A stretch of DNA of 32,740 nucleotides, from NCBI GenBank assembly GCA_050692975.1, contig JBOGWH010000300.1:1-32740 (forward strand), given 5' to 3'. Of the stretch, positions 1-8,980 are shown one piece after another. Under the pieces are notes generated by a model that saw only the letters and a program-made list of their open reading frames with translations, had not been told where the DNA came from and made no database searches. Both the position numbers and the translations under genes were made by a program. Numbering within the stretch: the stretch's first letter is position 1; each line of letters starts with the position of its first letter. Source of the stretch: Actinomycetota bacterium (lineage in GTDB: Bacteria > Actinomycetota > CADDZG01 > JAHWKV01).

Positions 1-38
1 CACCGATTCCAAGCCCGGCGGGCCGTCGCCCGGCCCCG

Positions 39-1376
39 ATGCAATCCGCGAGGCAGCCGGTGAGTGATCTGATGTTCAGGGGCGGACGATTGGTCGACCC
101 GGCCTCCGGCTTCGACGCGCTCGCCGATGTGCTGATAGTGAGGGGAAAGATTGCTGCGGTCGGCGGCAGGGTCGACCCGGCGGGCGCGCAGGTAGTCGAC
201 ATCACCGGGGCAGTCATCAGCCCGGGGTTCGTAGACCTCCACACGCACCTGCGGCAGCCGGGCCGTGAGGACGAGGAGACCATTGCTTCGGGCAGCGCCG
301 CCGCGGCGGCAGGCGGATACACGGCCGTCTGTGCGATGCCGAATACCGACCCGGTCTGCGACAACGCTTCGGTGGCCGAAATGGTCGCGGCAGAAGGCGC
401 CAGGGCAGGGCTGACGCAAGTTATCCCGGCGGGAGCACTCACCCGCGGTCAGAAGGGCGAGGCTCTCGCCCCGATAGGCGAGATGGCGCGCTGCGCCGCC
501 GGGGTCCGTCTGTTTACCGACGACGGCAGGGGAGTGGCCGACCCGCGGCTTCTCCGCCGGGCCATGGAGTACATAAGAGCTTTTGGGGGCATCTGCGCAG
601 AGCATTGCGAAGAGGCTTCCCTTTCAGAGGGCGGCCAGATGAACGAGGGCGAATTCTCGGATTTGCTGGGCCTGAAGGGGATCCCCGCCGAAGCCGAGGA
701 AGTCGCCCTGGCTCGGGACATCGCCCTGGCCCGGCTGACGGGTGCAAGGTTTCATGCCATGCATATCTCGACGGCAGGATCGGTGGAGCTCGTCCGGCAG
801 GCCAAGGCATCGGGTCTCAATGTGACGGCCGAGGCGACTCCCCACCACATCAGCCTTACCGAAGCGGAGCTGATGTCTTGCGATCCGGTTTTCAAGGTGA
901 ACCCGCCGTTGCGCTCTTCAACCGACGTGGAGGCGGTGAGGGCAGGGCTCGCCGACGGAACCATCGACGCCGTCGCCACCGACCATGCCCCGCACTCTGC
1001 CGAAGAAAAGGAAGGCGAATACGAGCTGGCCCCTCCCGGAATGCTGGGGCTGGAGACCGCCCTGGCTGTTGTGCTGACCAGCCTGGTCCATCCGGGGTTG
1101 GTGAGTATGCCGGATATGGTCCGCATGATGTCGGTGAACTCCGCGAGGATCCTGGGTCTCGAAGGACAAGGGGGGCCGGTGCGCCCGGGGGCGGACGGCA
1201 ACCTCGTGGTCTTCGACCCGGAGCTGGAGTGGGAGGTCGAGCCCGGTGCTTTTGCCTCCCTTTCGGCCAACTCGCCGTGGGCGGGACGAAAGTTGAGGGG
1301 GAAGGTGCTCCATACCGTGTTTCGAGGTAACCGGGTGTACGCAGGCGGCAGGCTTGCGGCGGAGGTGGTTCGATGA
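39..1376 (+). CDS. pyrC: dihydroorotase (amidohydrolase family)
   Basis: 445-aa ORF with the metal-binding HxH in 'GFVDLHTHLRQPG' and the 'AVATDHAPH' catalytic-Asp region. Its stop overlaps the carA start (ATGA, 1373-1376). The start is uncertain: ATG 39 or ATG 72 (MFRGGRLVDP...). ATG 72 sits just after TGA codons at 61-67 that probably close a pyrB-like ORF entering from the left edge. Confidence 0.93.
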   Translation: MQSARQPVSDLMFRGGRLVDPASGFDALADVLIVRGKIAAVGGRVDPAGAQVVDITGAVISPGFVDLHTHLRQPGREDEETIASGSAAAAAGGYTAVCAMPNTDPVCDNASVAEMVAAEGARAGLTQVIPAGALTRGQKGEALAPIGEMARCAAGVRLFTDDGRGVADPRLLRRAMEYIRAFGGICAEHCEEASLSEGGQMNEGEFSDLLGLKGIPAEAEEVALARDIALARLTGARFHAMHISTAGSVELVRQAKASGLNVTAEATPHHISLTEAELMSCDPVFKVNPPLRSSTDVEAVRAGLADGTIDAVATDHAPHSAEEKEGEYELAPPGMLGLETALAVVLTSLVHPGLVSMPDMVRMMSVNSARILGLEGQGGPVRPGADGNLVVFDPELEWEVEPGAFASLSANSPWAGRKLRGKVLHTVFRGNRVYAGGRLAAEVVR

Positions 1377-2578
1377 AGCCGGCGGTGCTGGTTCTCGAAG
1401 ACGGCGAGGTCTTCGAAGGAGTTTCGTTCGGCGCCGATTCGGAGGCCCTGGGAGAGGTCGTCTTCAACACCTCGCTCAGCGGCTACCAGGAGGTACTCAC
1501 CGACCCTTCCTACGACGGTCAGATCGTGGTAATGACCTACCCGCACATCGGCAATTACGGCGTCAACGGCCAAGACGCCGAGAGCCACCGAGTCTGGGTG
1601 AAGGGTTTCGTGATCCGGGATCTTCCGGTGGCTTGGTCCTCGTGGCGGGGGGAGCAATCCCTGCAGGACTATTTGGAATCCGCGGGCATCGCCGGGATCA
1701 CCGAGATCGACACCCGGAGGCTGACCCGTCATATCCGGGAAAAGGGAGCTATGCGGGGCGCCATCTCCCGACGCAGCCCCCGGGAGGCAATCGAGTCGGT
1801 GGCGGCCGCGCCGGTCATGGCCGGCTCTGACCTGACCGGAAACGTAACGACCCCCGAGCCTTACAAATGGGAGGCCCACGGCGAAAAGCCAATTGCCGCC
1901 CCGGACCCTGAAGGCATTGCGGACGCCGCGCAGCTCGAGATCGAAGCTCCCAGATTCAGCGTCGCCGCCTACGATTTCGGGATAAAGCACAACATCCTGC
2001 GGCTTCTCTCGGCCCACGGGTGTGAGGTGAGCGTCTATCCCGCGTCGACTCCCGCTTCGCAAATCCTGGCCGGAGATTACGACGGAGTCTTCATCTCCAA
2101 CGGCCCCGGCGACCCCGAAGCGGTCGGCGGGGGCATCGAGTCGGTGCGGAGGCTCATCGGGAAAGTTCCGGTTTTCGGGATCTGCTTGGGGCACCAGCTA
2201 ATCGCTCTGGCGGCCGGGCTTACCACCTACAAGCTTCGCTTCGGCCACCGGGGAATCAACCATCCGGTGGCCCGGCTTTCCGACGGATCGGTCGCCATCA
2301 CGACCCAGAACCACGGCTTTGCGGTCGCGGAGGCCCCCTTCGGCTTCACCCCGCCGTCGGGGCCCGGAGATCCTTTGCCCCGCGATGCCGTCGCCCGCAC
2401 GGCATTCGGCAAGGCGCAGCTGACTCACCTGAACCTCAACGACTACACGGTGGAAGGTTTTCGCCTTCTGGACGAGCCGGTTTTCGCGGTGCAATATCAT
2501 CCCGAGGCGGGGCCGGGGCCACACGATTCAAATTACCTGTTCGAAGACTTCTGCAGACTGATGGAGGAAAGCAAATGA
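1373..2578 (+). CDS. carA: carbamoyl-phosphate synthase small (glutaminase) subunit
   Basis: 401 aa. Class-I glutamine amidotransferase triad: Cys nucleophile in 'FGICLGHQL', His/Glu in 'VQYHPEAGPGPHD'. The N-terminus 'MKPAVLVLEDGEVFEG' is typical of CarA. It sits between pyrC and carB. Confidence 0.96.
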   Translation: MKPAVLVLEDGEVFEGVSFGADSEALGEVVFNTSLSGYQEVLTDPSYDGQIVVMTYPHIGNYGVNGQDAESHRVWVKGFVIRDLPVAWSSWRGEQSLQDYLESAGIAGITEIDTRRLTRHIREKGAMRGAISRRSPREAIESVAAAPVMAGSDLTGNVTTPEPYKWEAHGEKPIAAPDPEGIADAAQLEIEAPRFSVAAYDFGIKHNILRLLSAHGCEVSVYPASTPASQILAGDYDGVFISNGPGDPEAVGGGIESVRRLIGKVPVFGICLGHQLIALAAGLTTYKLRFGHRGINHPVARLSDGSVAITTQNHGFAVAEAPFGFTPPSGPGDPLPRDAVARTAFGKAQLTHLNLNDYTVEGFRLLDEPVFAVQYHPEAGPGPHDSNYLFEDFCRLMEESK

Positions 2579-2621
2579 CAAGTATGAAAGCGCCGGCCGC
2601 AGGGCCGGGGGAGATCAACTG

Positions 2622-2732
2622 ATGGGTAGAGGAGACCGCCCCAAGGTGCGCTGGAAGAAGCAGCGCCAGGAGAAGAAGCAAGCTCGCGACAAGCGCAAGG
2701 CCGTCGAAAAGTCCAAGGCCCGGAAAGGCTAG
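2622..2732 (+). CDS. hypothetical highly basic 36-aa microprotein (MGRGDRPKVRWKKQRQEKKQARDKRKAVEKSKARKG)
   Basis: ATG 2622 to TAG 2730-2732. Shine-Dalgarno-like GGGGGAG at 2607-2613 with an 8-nt spacer. 28 of 35 codons end in G/C, like the real genes here. 17 K/R against 4 D/E. It lies in the 163-nt carA-carB gap and ends 9 nt before carB. No family could be assigned from memory. Confidence 0.4.
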   Translation: MGRGDRPKVRWKKQRQEKKQARDKRKAVEKSKARKG

Positions 2733-2741
2733 CCGACCGGT

Positions 2742-5700
2742 ATGCCCAAACGCCCCGATATCAAGTCGGTCCTGATCGTCGGATCGGGCCCGATCGTGAT
2801 CGGCCAGGCCTGCGAGTTCGATTATTCAGGGACTCAGGCCTGCAAGGTGCTGCGTGAGGAGGGCATCCGAGTGATCTTGCTGAACTCGAACCCCGCCACG
2901 ATCATGACCGACCCGGAACTTACCGACCGTACGTATGTCGAGCCCATAACGGTCGACGTTCTCGAAAAGATCATTCTCAAGGAAAAGCCCGATGCTCTGC
3001 TGCCGACCCTCGGGGGCCAGACCGCTCTGAACGTCGCGGTTGAGGCCGAGGAGGCCGGCATCCTTCAGGCGCACGGGGTTGAGCTGATCGGAGCCGGAGT
3101 CGATGCGATCCGCGTCAGCGAGGACAGGGCCCGTTTCCGGGAGGCGATGCTGGAAATCGGTATGGACCTTCCCCGTTCCGGCTTTGCCTATTCGATAGAG
3201 GAGGCCAGGGAGGTTGCTTCGCAAATTGGGCTTCCGGTGGTTGTGAGGCCTTCCTTTACCCTGGGCGGGTCGGGCTCGGGACTGGTCAGAAACATGGAGC
3301 AGCTCGAAAAGACGGCCGCGCTCGGCCTGAAGCTTTCCACGATCTCCGAGGTCCTGATCGAGGAATCCGTCGAGGGATTCAAGGAGTTCGAGCTCGAGGT
3401 CATGCGCGACTGCAAGGACAACTTCGTCGTGATTTGCTCGGTGGAGAATCTGGATCCGATGGGGGTACATACCGGCGACTCGATCACGGTGGCTCCGGCG
3501 CAGACTCTCACCGACCGCGAGTACCAGCAGATGCGCGATGCCGCGGCAAAGATTATCCGGAGAATCGGCGTAGAAACCGGGGGATCGAACATCCAGTTCG
3601 CCGTGGACCCATCGGACGGCAGGATGCTGGTGATCGAGATGAACCCGCGCGTATCGCGTTCATCGGCCCTCGCCTCAAAGGCAACGGGGTTTCCCATCGC
3701 CAAGATGGCTGCCCGGCTGGCGCTGGGCTACACGCTGGACGAGGTACCCAACGACATCACCCTCAAGACCCCTGCCAGCTTCGAACCGACCATCGACTAC
3801 GTCGTCGTCAAGGTCCCGCGCTGGGCGTTCGAGAAGTTCCCCGGAGCCGACGACGAACTTGGAACCCAGATGAAATCGGTGGGCGAGGCAATGGCGATCG
3901 GGCGGACCTTCCCGGAAGCGCTGCAGAAGGCGATGCGGTCGCTCGAGAACGGCCGCGCGGGCTTGGGCGCCGACGGCCGGCGGGTGACCCCCGGAGATCT
4001 GAATAAGGAGGAACTTCTTCAGAAAGTCCGCCGTCCCACGGAGGGCCGCCTTTTTTGGGTGCGGGAGGCCCTTGCCTCGGGGATATCGATAAACGAGGTA
4101 AACCGCGCTACCGGAATCGACCCCTGGTTCCTGGCCCAGATCAAGCGGATCGTGGAGATGTCGGAGGAGATCTCCGAGGGCGCACTGGACCGGTCCGGAT
4201 TGCGCCGAGCCAAGCGGGCCGGGTTCTCCGATCATCAGATCGCGCACCTTACCGGCGGCTCCGAGGACGAGATCAGGGCCCGGCGCATCGCCGAGGGCCT
4301 CACCCCGACGTACAAGACGGTAGATACCTGCGCGGCCGAGTTTGAGGCCTACACGCCCTACTACTACTCGACGTATGAGGACGAAGACGAGCAGATCGGC
4401 TCTAGGGCCCCCGGGATCATGATTTTGGGCTCGGGGCCGAACCGCATCGGCCAGGGCATCGAGTTCGATTACTGCTGCGTACACGCCGCGCTTGCCGTCC
4501 GGGAGGCGGGCTACGACGCCATCATGGTCAATTGCAACCCGGAGACCGTGTCGACGGATTACGACATCTCGTCCCGGCTGTACTTCGAGCCGCTTACCTT
4601 CGAGGACGTGATGAACATCTGCGAGCGTGAAAAGCCTCAGGGCGTCATCGTCTCTCTGGGTGGCCAGACTCCTTTGAAGCTGGCCGGGCGCCTGGAGGCG
4701 GCCGGAGTCCCCATCGCCGGGACTTCTCCTGATTCGATCGATGCCGCCGAGGACAGGGGCCGGTTCACCGGGCTACTGGAGGAACTGGGAATCGCTCAGG
4801 CCCCCGGCGGCACTGCCGTCTCGCAAGAGCAGGCGCGCCGGGTAGCGGAAAGGGTCGGGTTTCCGGTGGTTGTGCGGCCGTCCTACGTGCTGGGCGGACG
4901 GGCAATGGAAATCGCCTACAGCATTGATGCACTGGACGGGTACATTGCCACCGCAGCCGACGTATCTCCCGAGCACCCCTTGCTGATCGACCGCTTTCTG
5001 GAAGCTGCCATCGAGATAGACGTCGACGCCGTGTTCGATGGAACCGATCTGTATATCGGGGGGGTGATGGAGCACATCGAAGAGGCGGGAATCCACTCGG
5101 GAGACTCGGCCTGTACGCTGCCGCCGCATTCTCTGGACGAGCCCACCCTGCTGCGCATCGCGGAGTCGACCGGGAAGCTGGCCCGGGCCCTAGGGGTGCG
5201 CGGGCTGATAAACGTGCAGTTCGCCCTCAAGGACGGAGAGCTGTACTGCCTCGAGGTCAATCCCAGGGCTTCGCGGACGGTTCCTTTCGTCGGCAAGGTC
5301 ACGGGAGTCCCTCTCGCTAAGGTGGCGGTCAGGGTTATGCTGGGCGAATCGTTGTCGCAGATTGAGTTGCTGCCCGAAAAGCCCGCTTCCGGGCCGTGGT
5401 GGCCGCTCGGCCGATTGAAGCATGTAGGCATAAAGGAGGCGGTGCTGCCCTTCGCTAAGTTTCCCGGGGTCGATACCATTTTGGGTCCCGAGATGAAGTC
5501 CACCGGCGAAGTGATGGGCATCGACTACGACCTTTCGGCTGCATTTGCCAAGTCTCAGACTGCCGCCGGCTGCAAGCTTCCGACCAAGGGCACGGTTTTC
5601 GTTTCGGTGGCCGACCGTGACAAGCAGGCGACGCTGGCTCCCATCAGGCGTCTGGCCGCTTTGGGCTTTGAGGTGGTCGCCACTGCCGGCACCGCAAAGA

Positions 5701-6005
5701 TGCTGGAGGAGAGCGGGGTCGCCGCCCGCGCCGTGGGCAAGTATTCAGAGGGATCCCCCAACATCGTTGAGGAGATCCTCAGGGGCGAGATCGATCTGGT
5801 CGTCAATACCCCGGTGGGCCGGGGAGCGCGGACCGACGGGTACTACATCCGCACGGCGACGGTGGCGATGGACGTACCGTGCATCACCACCGTCGGCGGT
5901 CTGCAGACCGCGGTTAAGGCGATTGAGGCTGGGGTTACCGGGTTCGACGTCTTCTGCCTGCAGGATTTCCTGAGCGGTGGCGACGCGGCGAGGAAGAGCG
6001 CATGA
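2742..6005 (+). CDS. carB: carbamoyl-phosphate synthase large subunit
   Basis: 1087 aa with two ATP-grasp halves ('[24 protein letters not shown]' and '[24 protein letters not shown]'). The N-terminus is '[21 protein letters not shown]'. A C-terminal MGS-like allosteric domain is present. Confidence 0.97.
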   Translation: MPKRPDIKSVLIVGSGPIVIGQACEFDYSGTQACKVLREEGIRVILLNSNPATIMTDPELTDRTYVEPITVDVLEKIILKEKPDALLPTLGGQTALNVAVEAEEAGILQAHGVELIGAGVDAIRVSEDRARFREAMLEIGMDLPRSGFAYSIEEAREVASQIGLPVVVRPSFTLGGSGSGLVRNMEQLEKTAALGLKLSTISEVLIEESVEGFKEFELEVMRDCKDNFVVICSVENLDPMGVHTGDSITVAPAQTLTDREYQQMRDAAAKIIRRIGVETGGSNIQFAVDPSDGRMLVIEMNPRVSRSSALASKATGFPIAKMAARLALGYTLDEVPNDITLKTPASFEPTIDYVVVKVPRWAFEKFPGADDELGTQMKSVGEAMAIGRTFPEALQKAMRSLENGRAGLGADGRRVTPGDLNKEELLQKVRRPTEGRLFWVREALASGISINEVNRATGIDPWFLAQIKRIVEMSEEISEGALDRSGLRRAKRAGFSDHQIAHLTGGSEDEIRARRIAEGLTPTYKTVDTCAAEFEAYTPYYYSTYEDEDEQIGSRAPGIMILGSGPNRIGQGIEFDYCCVHAALAVREAGYDAIMVNCNPETVSTDYDISSRLYFEPLTFEDVMNICEREKPQGVIVSLGGQTPLKLAGRLEAAGVPIAGTSPDSIDAAEDRGRFTGLLEELGIAQAPGGTAVSQEQARRVAERVGFPVVVRPSYVLGGRAMEIAYSIDALDGYIATAADVSPEHPLLIDRFLEAAIEIDVDAVFDGTDLYIGGVMEHIEEAGIHSGDSACTLPPHSLDEPTLLRIAESTGKLARALGVRGLINVQFALKDGELYCLEVNPRASRTVPFVGKVTGVPLAKVAVRVMLGESLSQIELLPEKPASGPWWPLGRLKHVGIKEAVLPFAKFPGVDTILGPEMKSTGEVMGIDYDLSAAFAKSQTAAGCKLPTKGTVFVSVADRDKQATLAPIRRLAALGFEVVATAGTAKMLEESGVAARAVGKYSEGSPNIVEEILRGEIDLVVNTPVGRGARTDGYYIRTATVAMDVPCITTVGGLQTAVKAIEAGVTGFDVFCLQDFLSGGDAARKSA

Positions 6006-6056
6006 GCGCCGGTCTCCTTCAGGTGCCGGCCGGCGTGCATCTGGGCGGATGATTCC

Positions 6057-6905
6057 ATGATCCAGCAGACCGTCGCCGAGATCCTCAATTACAAGAAAGT
6101 TGGTGAGGAGTACCACCTGCTGACCATCGTCGCCCCCGAGATCGCGGACAAGGCCCGCCCCGGCCAGTTCGTAAATCTGCAACCCCCCGAAGGTCGGGCA
6201 TTCATTTTGCGCAGGCCGTTTTCCATCTACCGCGTTAACCGTCGCGGGGGCTGGGCGGCGACGATTGAGGTGGTCTTCGACATCCGGGGAGGCGGGACCC
6301 AGGCCCTGGCCGACTTGCGGGCGCACGACACCGTCGACATCATCGGCCCCATCGGCCGCCCTTTTACCATCCCGCGGAGCAGGCATTCCTGCCTGCTGGT
6401 GGGTGGCGGGGTAGGAGCGGTTCCCCTGATCTTTCTCGGCGAGGAACTGAGGGCGGCGGGCAAGCGGGTGGACATTCTCTGGGGGGCGGCCCACGCGGGA
6501 AGGTTGCTCAATCCCATCGATGCCAAGCGCCTGGGCCTGAAGTCGGCATTTTGCACCGACGACGGCAGCGAGGGCTACCACGGTTACGTCACAGACGTCC
6601 TGCCGGACATGATCGAGCAGTGCGGGACGGAGGTGATCTATGCCTGCGGGCCCAATGCGATGCTCGCCGAGGTGAGCCGGGTGGCGATCAAGCACCGGGT
6701 GCCCGTCCAGGTCGCCATGGAGGCTTTGATGGGATGCGGTATCGGCGTTTGCATGACCTGCGTCCAGCCTGTCTTCAGCAAGGACGGCAAGGAAGTGATC
6801 CACGTCCGGACCTGCGTGGACGGACCGGTGTTCAACGGCGCCAGGATCGCATGGGATGCCTACGCGCCCAGGACCGGCCAGCAGCCGGCGCCCGCGGGCA
6901 ACTGA
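6057..6905 (+). CDS. pyrK: dihydroorotate dehydrogenase (class 1B) electron-transfer subunit
   Basis: 282 aa with a ferredoxin-reductase-like fold ('RRPFSI' FAD motif) and a C-terminal 2Fe-2S cysteine cluster 'GCGIGVCMTCV...RTCVDGP'. Its stop shares one nt with the pyrD ATG (TGATG). Confidence 0.9.
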   Translation: MIQQTVAEILNYKKVGEEYHLLTIVAPEIADKARPGQFVNLQPPEGRAFILRRPFSIYRVNRRGGWAATIEVVFDIRGGGTQALADLRAHDTVDIIGPIGRPFTIPRSRHSCLLVGGGVGAVPLIFLGEELRAAGKRVDILWGAAHAGRLLNPIDAKRLGLKSAFCTDDGSEGYHGYVTDVLPDMIEQCGTEVIYACGPNAMLAEVSRVAIKHRVPVQVAMEALMGCGIGVCMTCVQPVFSKDGKEVIHVRTCVDGPVFNGARIAWDAYAPRTGQQPAPAGN

Positions 6906-7825
6906 TGGCCGCCGACCTCTCCATCGATCTGGCCGGAGTAAGACTTCGCAGCCCCGTCCTGACCGCTTCGGGAACCTTCGGCTCCGGCCAGGAAATGTCC
7001 CAGTTCTTCGACCTCCGCAAGCTGGGAGCGGTGGTGGTCAAGTCCATGACCGTAGAGCCCTGGCCCGGCAAGCCGGCGCCCCGGATGGTCGAGACGCCGT
7101 CGGGGATGCTGAATGCGATAGGCCTTCAGAACAAGGGGATCGAGCACTTCATGCGGGTCGACCTGCCGTGGCTCAATCACATGAAGGTACCCGTAATCGC
7201 CAGCGTGGCCGGAAATACGGTTCAGGAGTTCATCTACCTGGCCGACAACCTAAGGCGTGCTCCGGGAGTGGTGGCCCTGGAGGTCAACATCTCGTGCCCG
7301 AACCTGGAAGACCCGAACAACATGTTCGCCCACGACCCGAAGGCGGCCGCTCAGGTGATCTCGGCGGTGCGGCGCTCCAGCGAGGTCCCGGTCTTTGCCA
7401 AGCTTTCCCCGAACGTCACGAGCATTACCGAGATCGCGTCCGCAGTTCTGGATGCCGGCGCCGAGGGCCTCAGCCTGATAAACACCGTCTTCGGCATGGA
7501 CATTGACATCGAGACCGCCCGCCCGAAGCTCGCCGGCGTTATCGGAGGCCTTTCCGGCCCGGCCATCCGCCCGATCGCCCTGCGTTGCGTCTTCGAAGTT
7601 CACCGGGCGTTTCCTCATGTCCCAATCATCGGCATGGGAGGAATAATGGGCTGGCAGGATGCCATTGCTTTCATCATGGCCGGAGCAACTGCCGTTTCGC
7701 TGGGCACCGTGAACTTCATCAATCCCAAGGCGGCCGTCGAGGTGACCAAGGGGATCAATCAGTGGCTGATGCGCCAGGGCATCCGCAGCGTATCGTCACT
7801 GCGCGGCCAACTAAAGATTGAGTAG
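6905..7825 (+). CDS. pyrD: dihydroorotate dehydrogenase catalytic subunit (class 1B)
   Basis: The in-frame ATG 6905 inside track ORF 6551..7825 gives MAADLSIDLAGVRLRSPVLTASGTFG... (306 aa). Motifs 'AIGLQNKG' and the active-site Cys in 'EVNISCPN' are present. The part of the track ORF before 6905 overlaps pyrK out of frame and is not counted. Confidence 0.93.
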   Translation: MAADLSIDLAGVRLRSPVLTASGTFGSGQEMSQFFDLRKLGAVVVKSMTVEPWPGKPAPRMVETPSGMLNAIGLQNKGIEHFMRVDLPWLNHMKVPVIASVAGNTVQEFIYLADNLRRAPGVVALEVNISCPNLEDPNNMFAHDPKAAAQVISAVRRSSEVPVFAKLSPNVTSITEIASAVLDAGAEGLSLINTVFGMDIDIETARPKLAGVIGGLSGPAIRPIALRCVFEVHRAFPHVPIIGMGGIMGWQDAIAFIMAGATAVSLGTVNFINPKAAVEVTKGINQWLMRQGIRSVSSLRGQLKIE

Positions 7826-7831
7826 TTACTG

Positions 7832-7852
7832 CAAGTAGCTGCTTGCTACTTG
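7832..7852. terminator. 8-bp hairpin between convergent pyrD and rpoZ (candidate bidirectional terminator)
   Basis: CAAGTAGC-tgctt-GCTACTTG is a perfect 8-bp stem with a 5-nt loop in the AT-richer 20-nt gap. The stem includes the rpoZ stop codon (7848-7846). There is no clear U-tract on the + transcript and only a partial one on the - transcript. Confidence 0.35.
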
Positions 7853-8100
7853 ACGCGGGTCTCCACCTCGGGCGGACGCTCCCAGCCGAACTTCCCTTCC
7901 GCGATTTCTTCGAGCGCAACCGACAGCGCCTTGGCGTTTTCCCCGAGGCTTGAGATCTGGGGCGGGACGTAGTCCCGGATGCCTTCTCCCAGCTGGGAGT
8001 AGTAGGAATTGATCTGGCGAGCACGCTTGGCGGCGAGCACGACCAGTGTGTAGCGGCTGTCTACTTTGCCGGAAAGTTCTTCAATGCTGGGTTCAATCAA
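7846..8100 (-). CDS. rpoZ: DNA-directed RNA polymerase subunit omega
   Basis: 84 aa with 'SRYTLVVLAAKRARQIN', typical of omega. The TTG start lies 1 nt after the gmk stop, with GAAGGAG about 10 nt upstream. Confidence 0.9.
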   Translation of the reverse strand: MIEPSIEELSGKVDSRYTLVVLAAKRARQINSYYSQLGEGIRDYVPPQISSLGENAKALSVALEEIAEGKFGWERPPEVETRVK

Positions 8101-8101
8101 C

Positions 8102-8671
8102 TCAGGGGGACTCCTTCAACTTGTTCATCAAGGCTAACACTTCATCGACGGCCTGTTCGACGTCTATGTTGACGATCACTCCATCGAATAGCTGCTTCTT
8201 GCGCAGTTCGTCGTAGGCGTCCGCGAGACGGCGGCCGAGGGCATCCTCCTGCTCGGTGCTCCTCAAGCGCAGTCTCTGTTCGAGGATCTGCATCGAGGGG
8301 GCTTCGATGAAGATGAGCTTGGCATCCGGCATGTTCGTCTTCACCTGGGCGGCGCCCTGGACGTCAATCTCGAGCAACACGTCGTTTCCGGATGCCAGCT
8401 GACCTTCTACCCACGTGCGAGAGGTGCCGTACATGTTGCCGTGCACCTCGGCCCATTCCAGAAACTCGCCCCGGTTGCGCTTTTCGATGAACTCCCGCTC
8501 CGAGATGAAGTTGTAATGCACTCCCTCTTTCTCCATGGGCCGGGCGGGGCGGGTGGTAAATGAAACGGCCAGCTTGACCGGGTAGTCCCTGGCGAGCAGG
8601 CCCTGAACGATCGTGCCCTTCCCGGCCCCCGATGGGCCCGAGATGATGAACAGGAGCGGCTTGGACGCTAT
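8102..8671 (-). CDS. gmk: guanylate kinase (start codon non-canonical or unresolved)
   Basis: The track ORF (8102..8536) starts at an internal Met. Hand translation upstream continues in frame as IASKPLLFIISGPSGAGKGTIVQGLLARDYPVKLAVSFTTRPARP-MEKEGVHYNF..., which is the P-loop and GMP-binding motifs. This runs back to an in-frame TAA at 8674-8672. No ATG, GTG or TTG lies in that stretch. ATA at 8671 sits 9 nt after AAGGAG (8686-8681). The 5' coordinate is therefore the maximal extent. Confidence 0.85.
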   Translation of the reverse strand: MASKPLLFIISGPSGAGKGTIVQGLLARDYPVKLAVSFTTRPARPMEKEGVHYNFISEREFIEKRNRGEFLEWAEVHGNMYGTSRTWVEGQLASGNDVLLEIDVQGAAQVKTNMPDAKLIFIEAPSMQILEQRLRLRSTEQEDALGRRLADAYDELRKKQLFDGVIVNIDVEQAVDEVLALMNKLKESP

Positions 8672-8980
8672 TTAGGAGAACTCCTTCAAAAGAGCTTCTT
8701 TTTGCCGGGCGCCAAGTCCTCTGAGGCGGCGGGATACGGCAATGTCGAGCTTTTCCATGATCTGCTTTACTCGCACCTTGCCGACTCCAGGCAGCGCCGA
8801 CAGCGCCTCGGAGACCTTCATTCCCGACGCGGCGCTATCGGGCGAGTCGATGACATCCTTCAAACCGATTTTTCCATTCCTCAACAAATCCTTGATTCCG
8901 GCCCGCTTCCGGCGGGCCTGCGAAGCTTTCTCAAGCGCCTTGCGGCGCTGCTCCTCAGTTAGAGCAGGCGGTGATGGCAA
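8672..8980 (-). CDS. mihF: actinobacterial integration host factor (MihF-like nucleoid protein)
   Basis: 'LTEEQRRKALEKASQARRKRAGIKDLL...MKVSEALSALPGVGKVRVKQIMEKLDIAVSRRLRGLGARQKEALLKEF' resembles MihF/sIHF. The preferred start is TTG 8980 (AAGGGGG 7 nt upstream). Codons between 9061 and 8981 have only about 50% GC3. The track start at 9115 would overlap coaBC. Confidence 0.75.
   Translation of the reverse strand: MPSPPALTEEQRRKALEKASQARRKRAGIKDLLRNGKIGLKDVIDSPDSAASGMKVSEALSALPGVGKVRVKQIMEKLDIAVSRRLRGLGARQKEALLKEFS

Noticed and set aside
752-2194. 480-aa ORF on the minus strand, with similar long antisense ORFs at 5745-6803, 9012-10193, 10335-11444, 13216-15429 (737 aa), 27966-28811 and 31450-32466.
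   Set aside because: Each lies antisense to a gene with unmistakable conserved motifs. Their translations are Arg/Gly/Pro-rich and low-complexity, with no recognisable domains. These are typical shadow ORFs of a roughly 65% GC genome, where stop codons are rare.
2436-2681. 81-aa minus-strand ORF whose N-terminus (MLLLLALLLPAHLGA) looks like a signal peptide.
   Set aside because: The Leu-rich run is simply the reverse complement of the AAG/AAGAAG lysine codons of the basic micro-ORF. Most of the ORF is antisense to the carA 3' end, and there is no SD.
7846-8671. Lower GC (about 52-55% in sampled 60-nt stretches, against about 65% elsewhere) in gmk/rpoZ as a hint of horizontal acquisition of the inverted block.
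   Set aside because: Third codon positions in gmk remain mostly G/C. The drop comes from a Lys/Glu/Ile/Asn/Phe-rich amino-acid composition. The genes are universal housekeeping genes in their conserved neighbourhood, and no mobility genes or repeats flank them.
8672-8674. Alternative genetic code or stop-codon reassignment as the explanation for the in-frame TAA (gmk) and TGA (infC, 20381-20383).
   Set aside because: TGA, TAA and TAG all clearly terminate many well-defined genes in this window. Examples are the ATGA/GTGA junctions throughout the arg, rib and pyr operons, and TAA at rpmI, rplT and coaBC. A global recoding is therefore not supported. Only local read-through or reinitiation remains possible.
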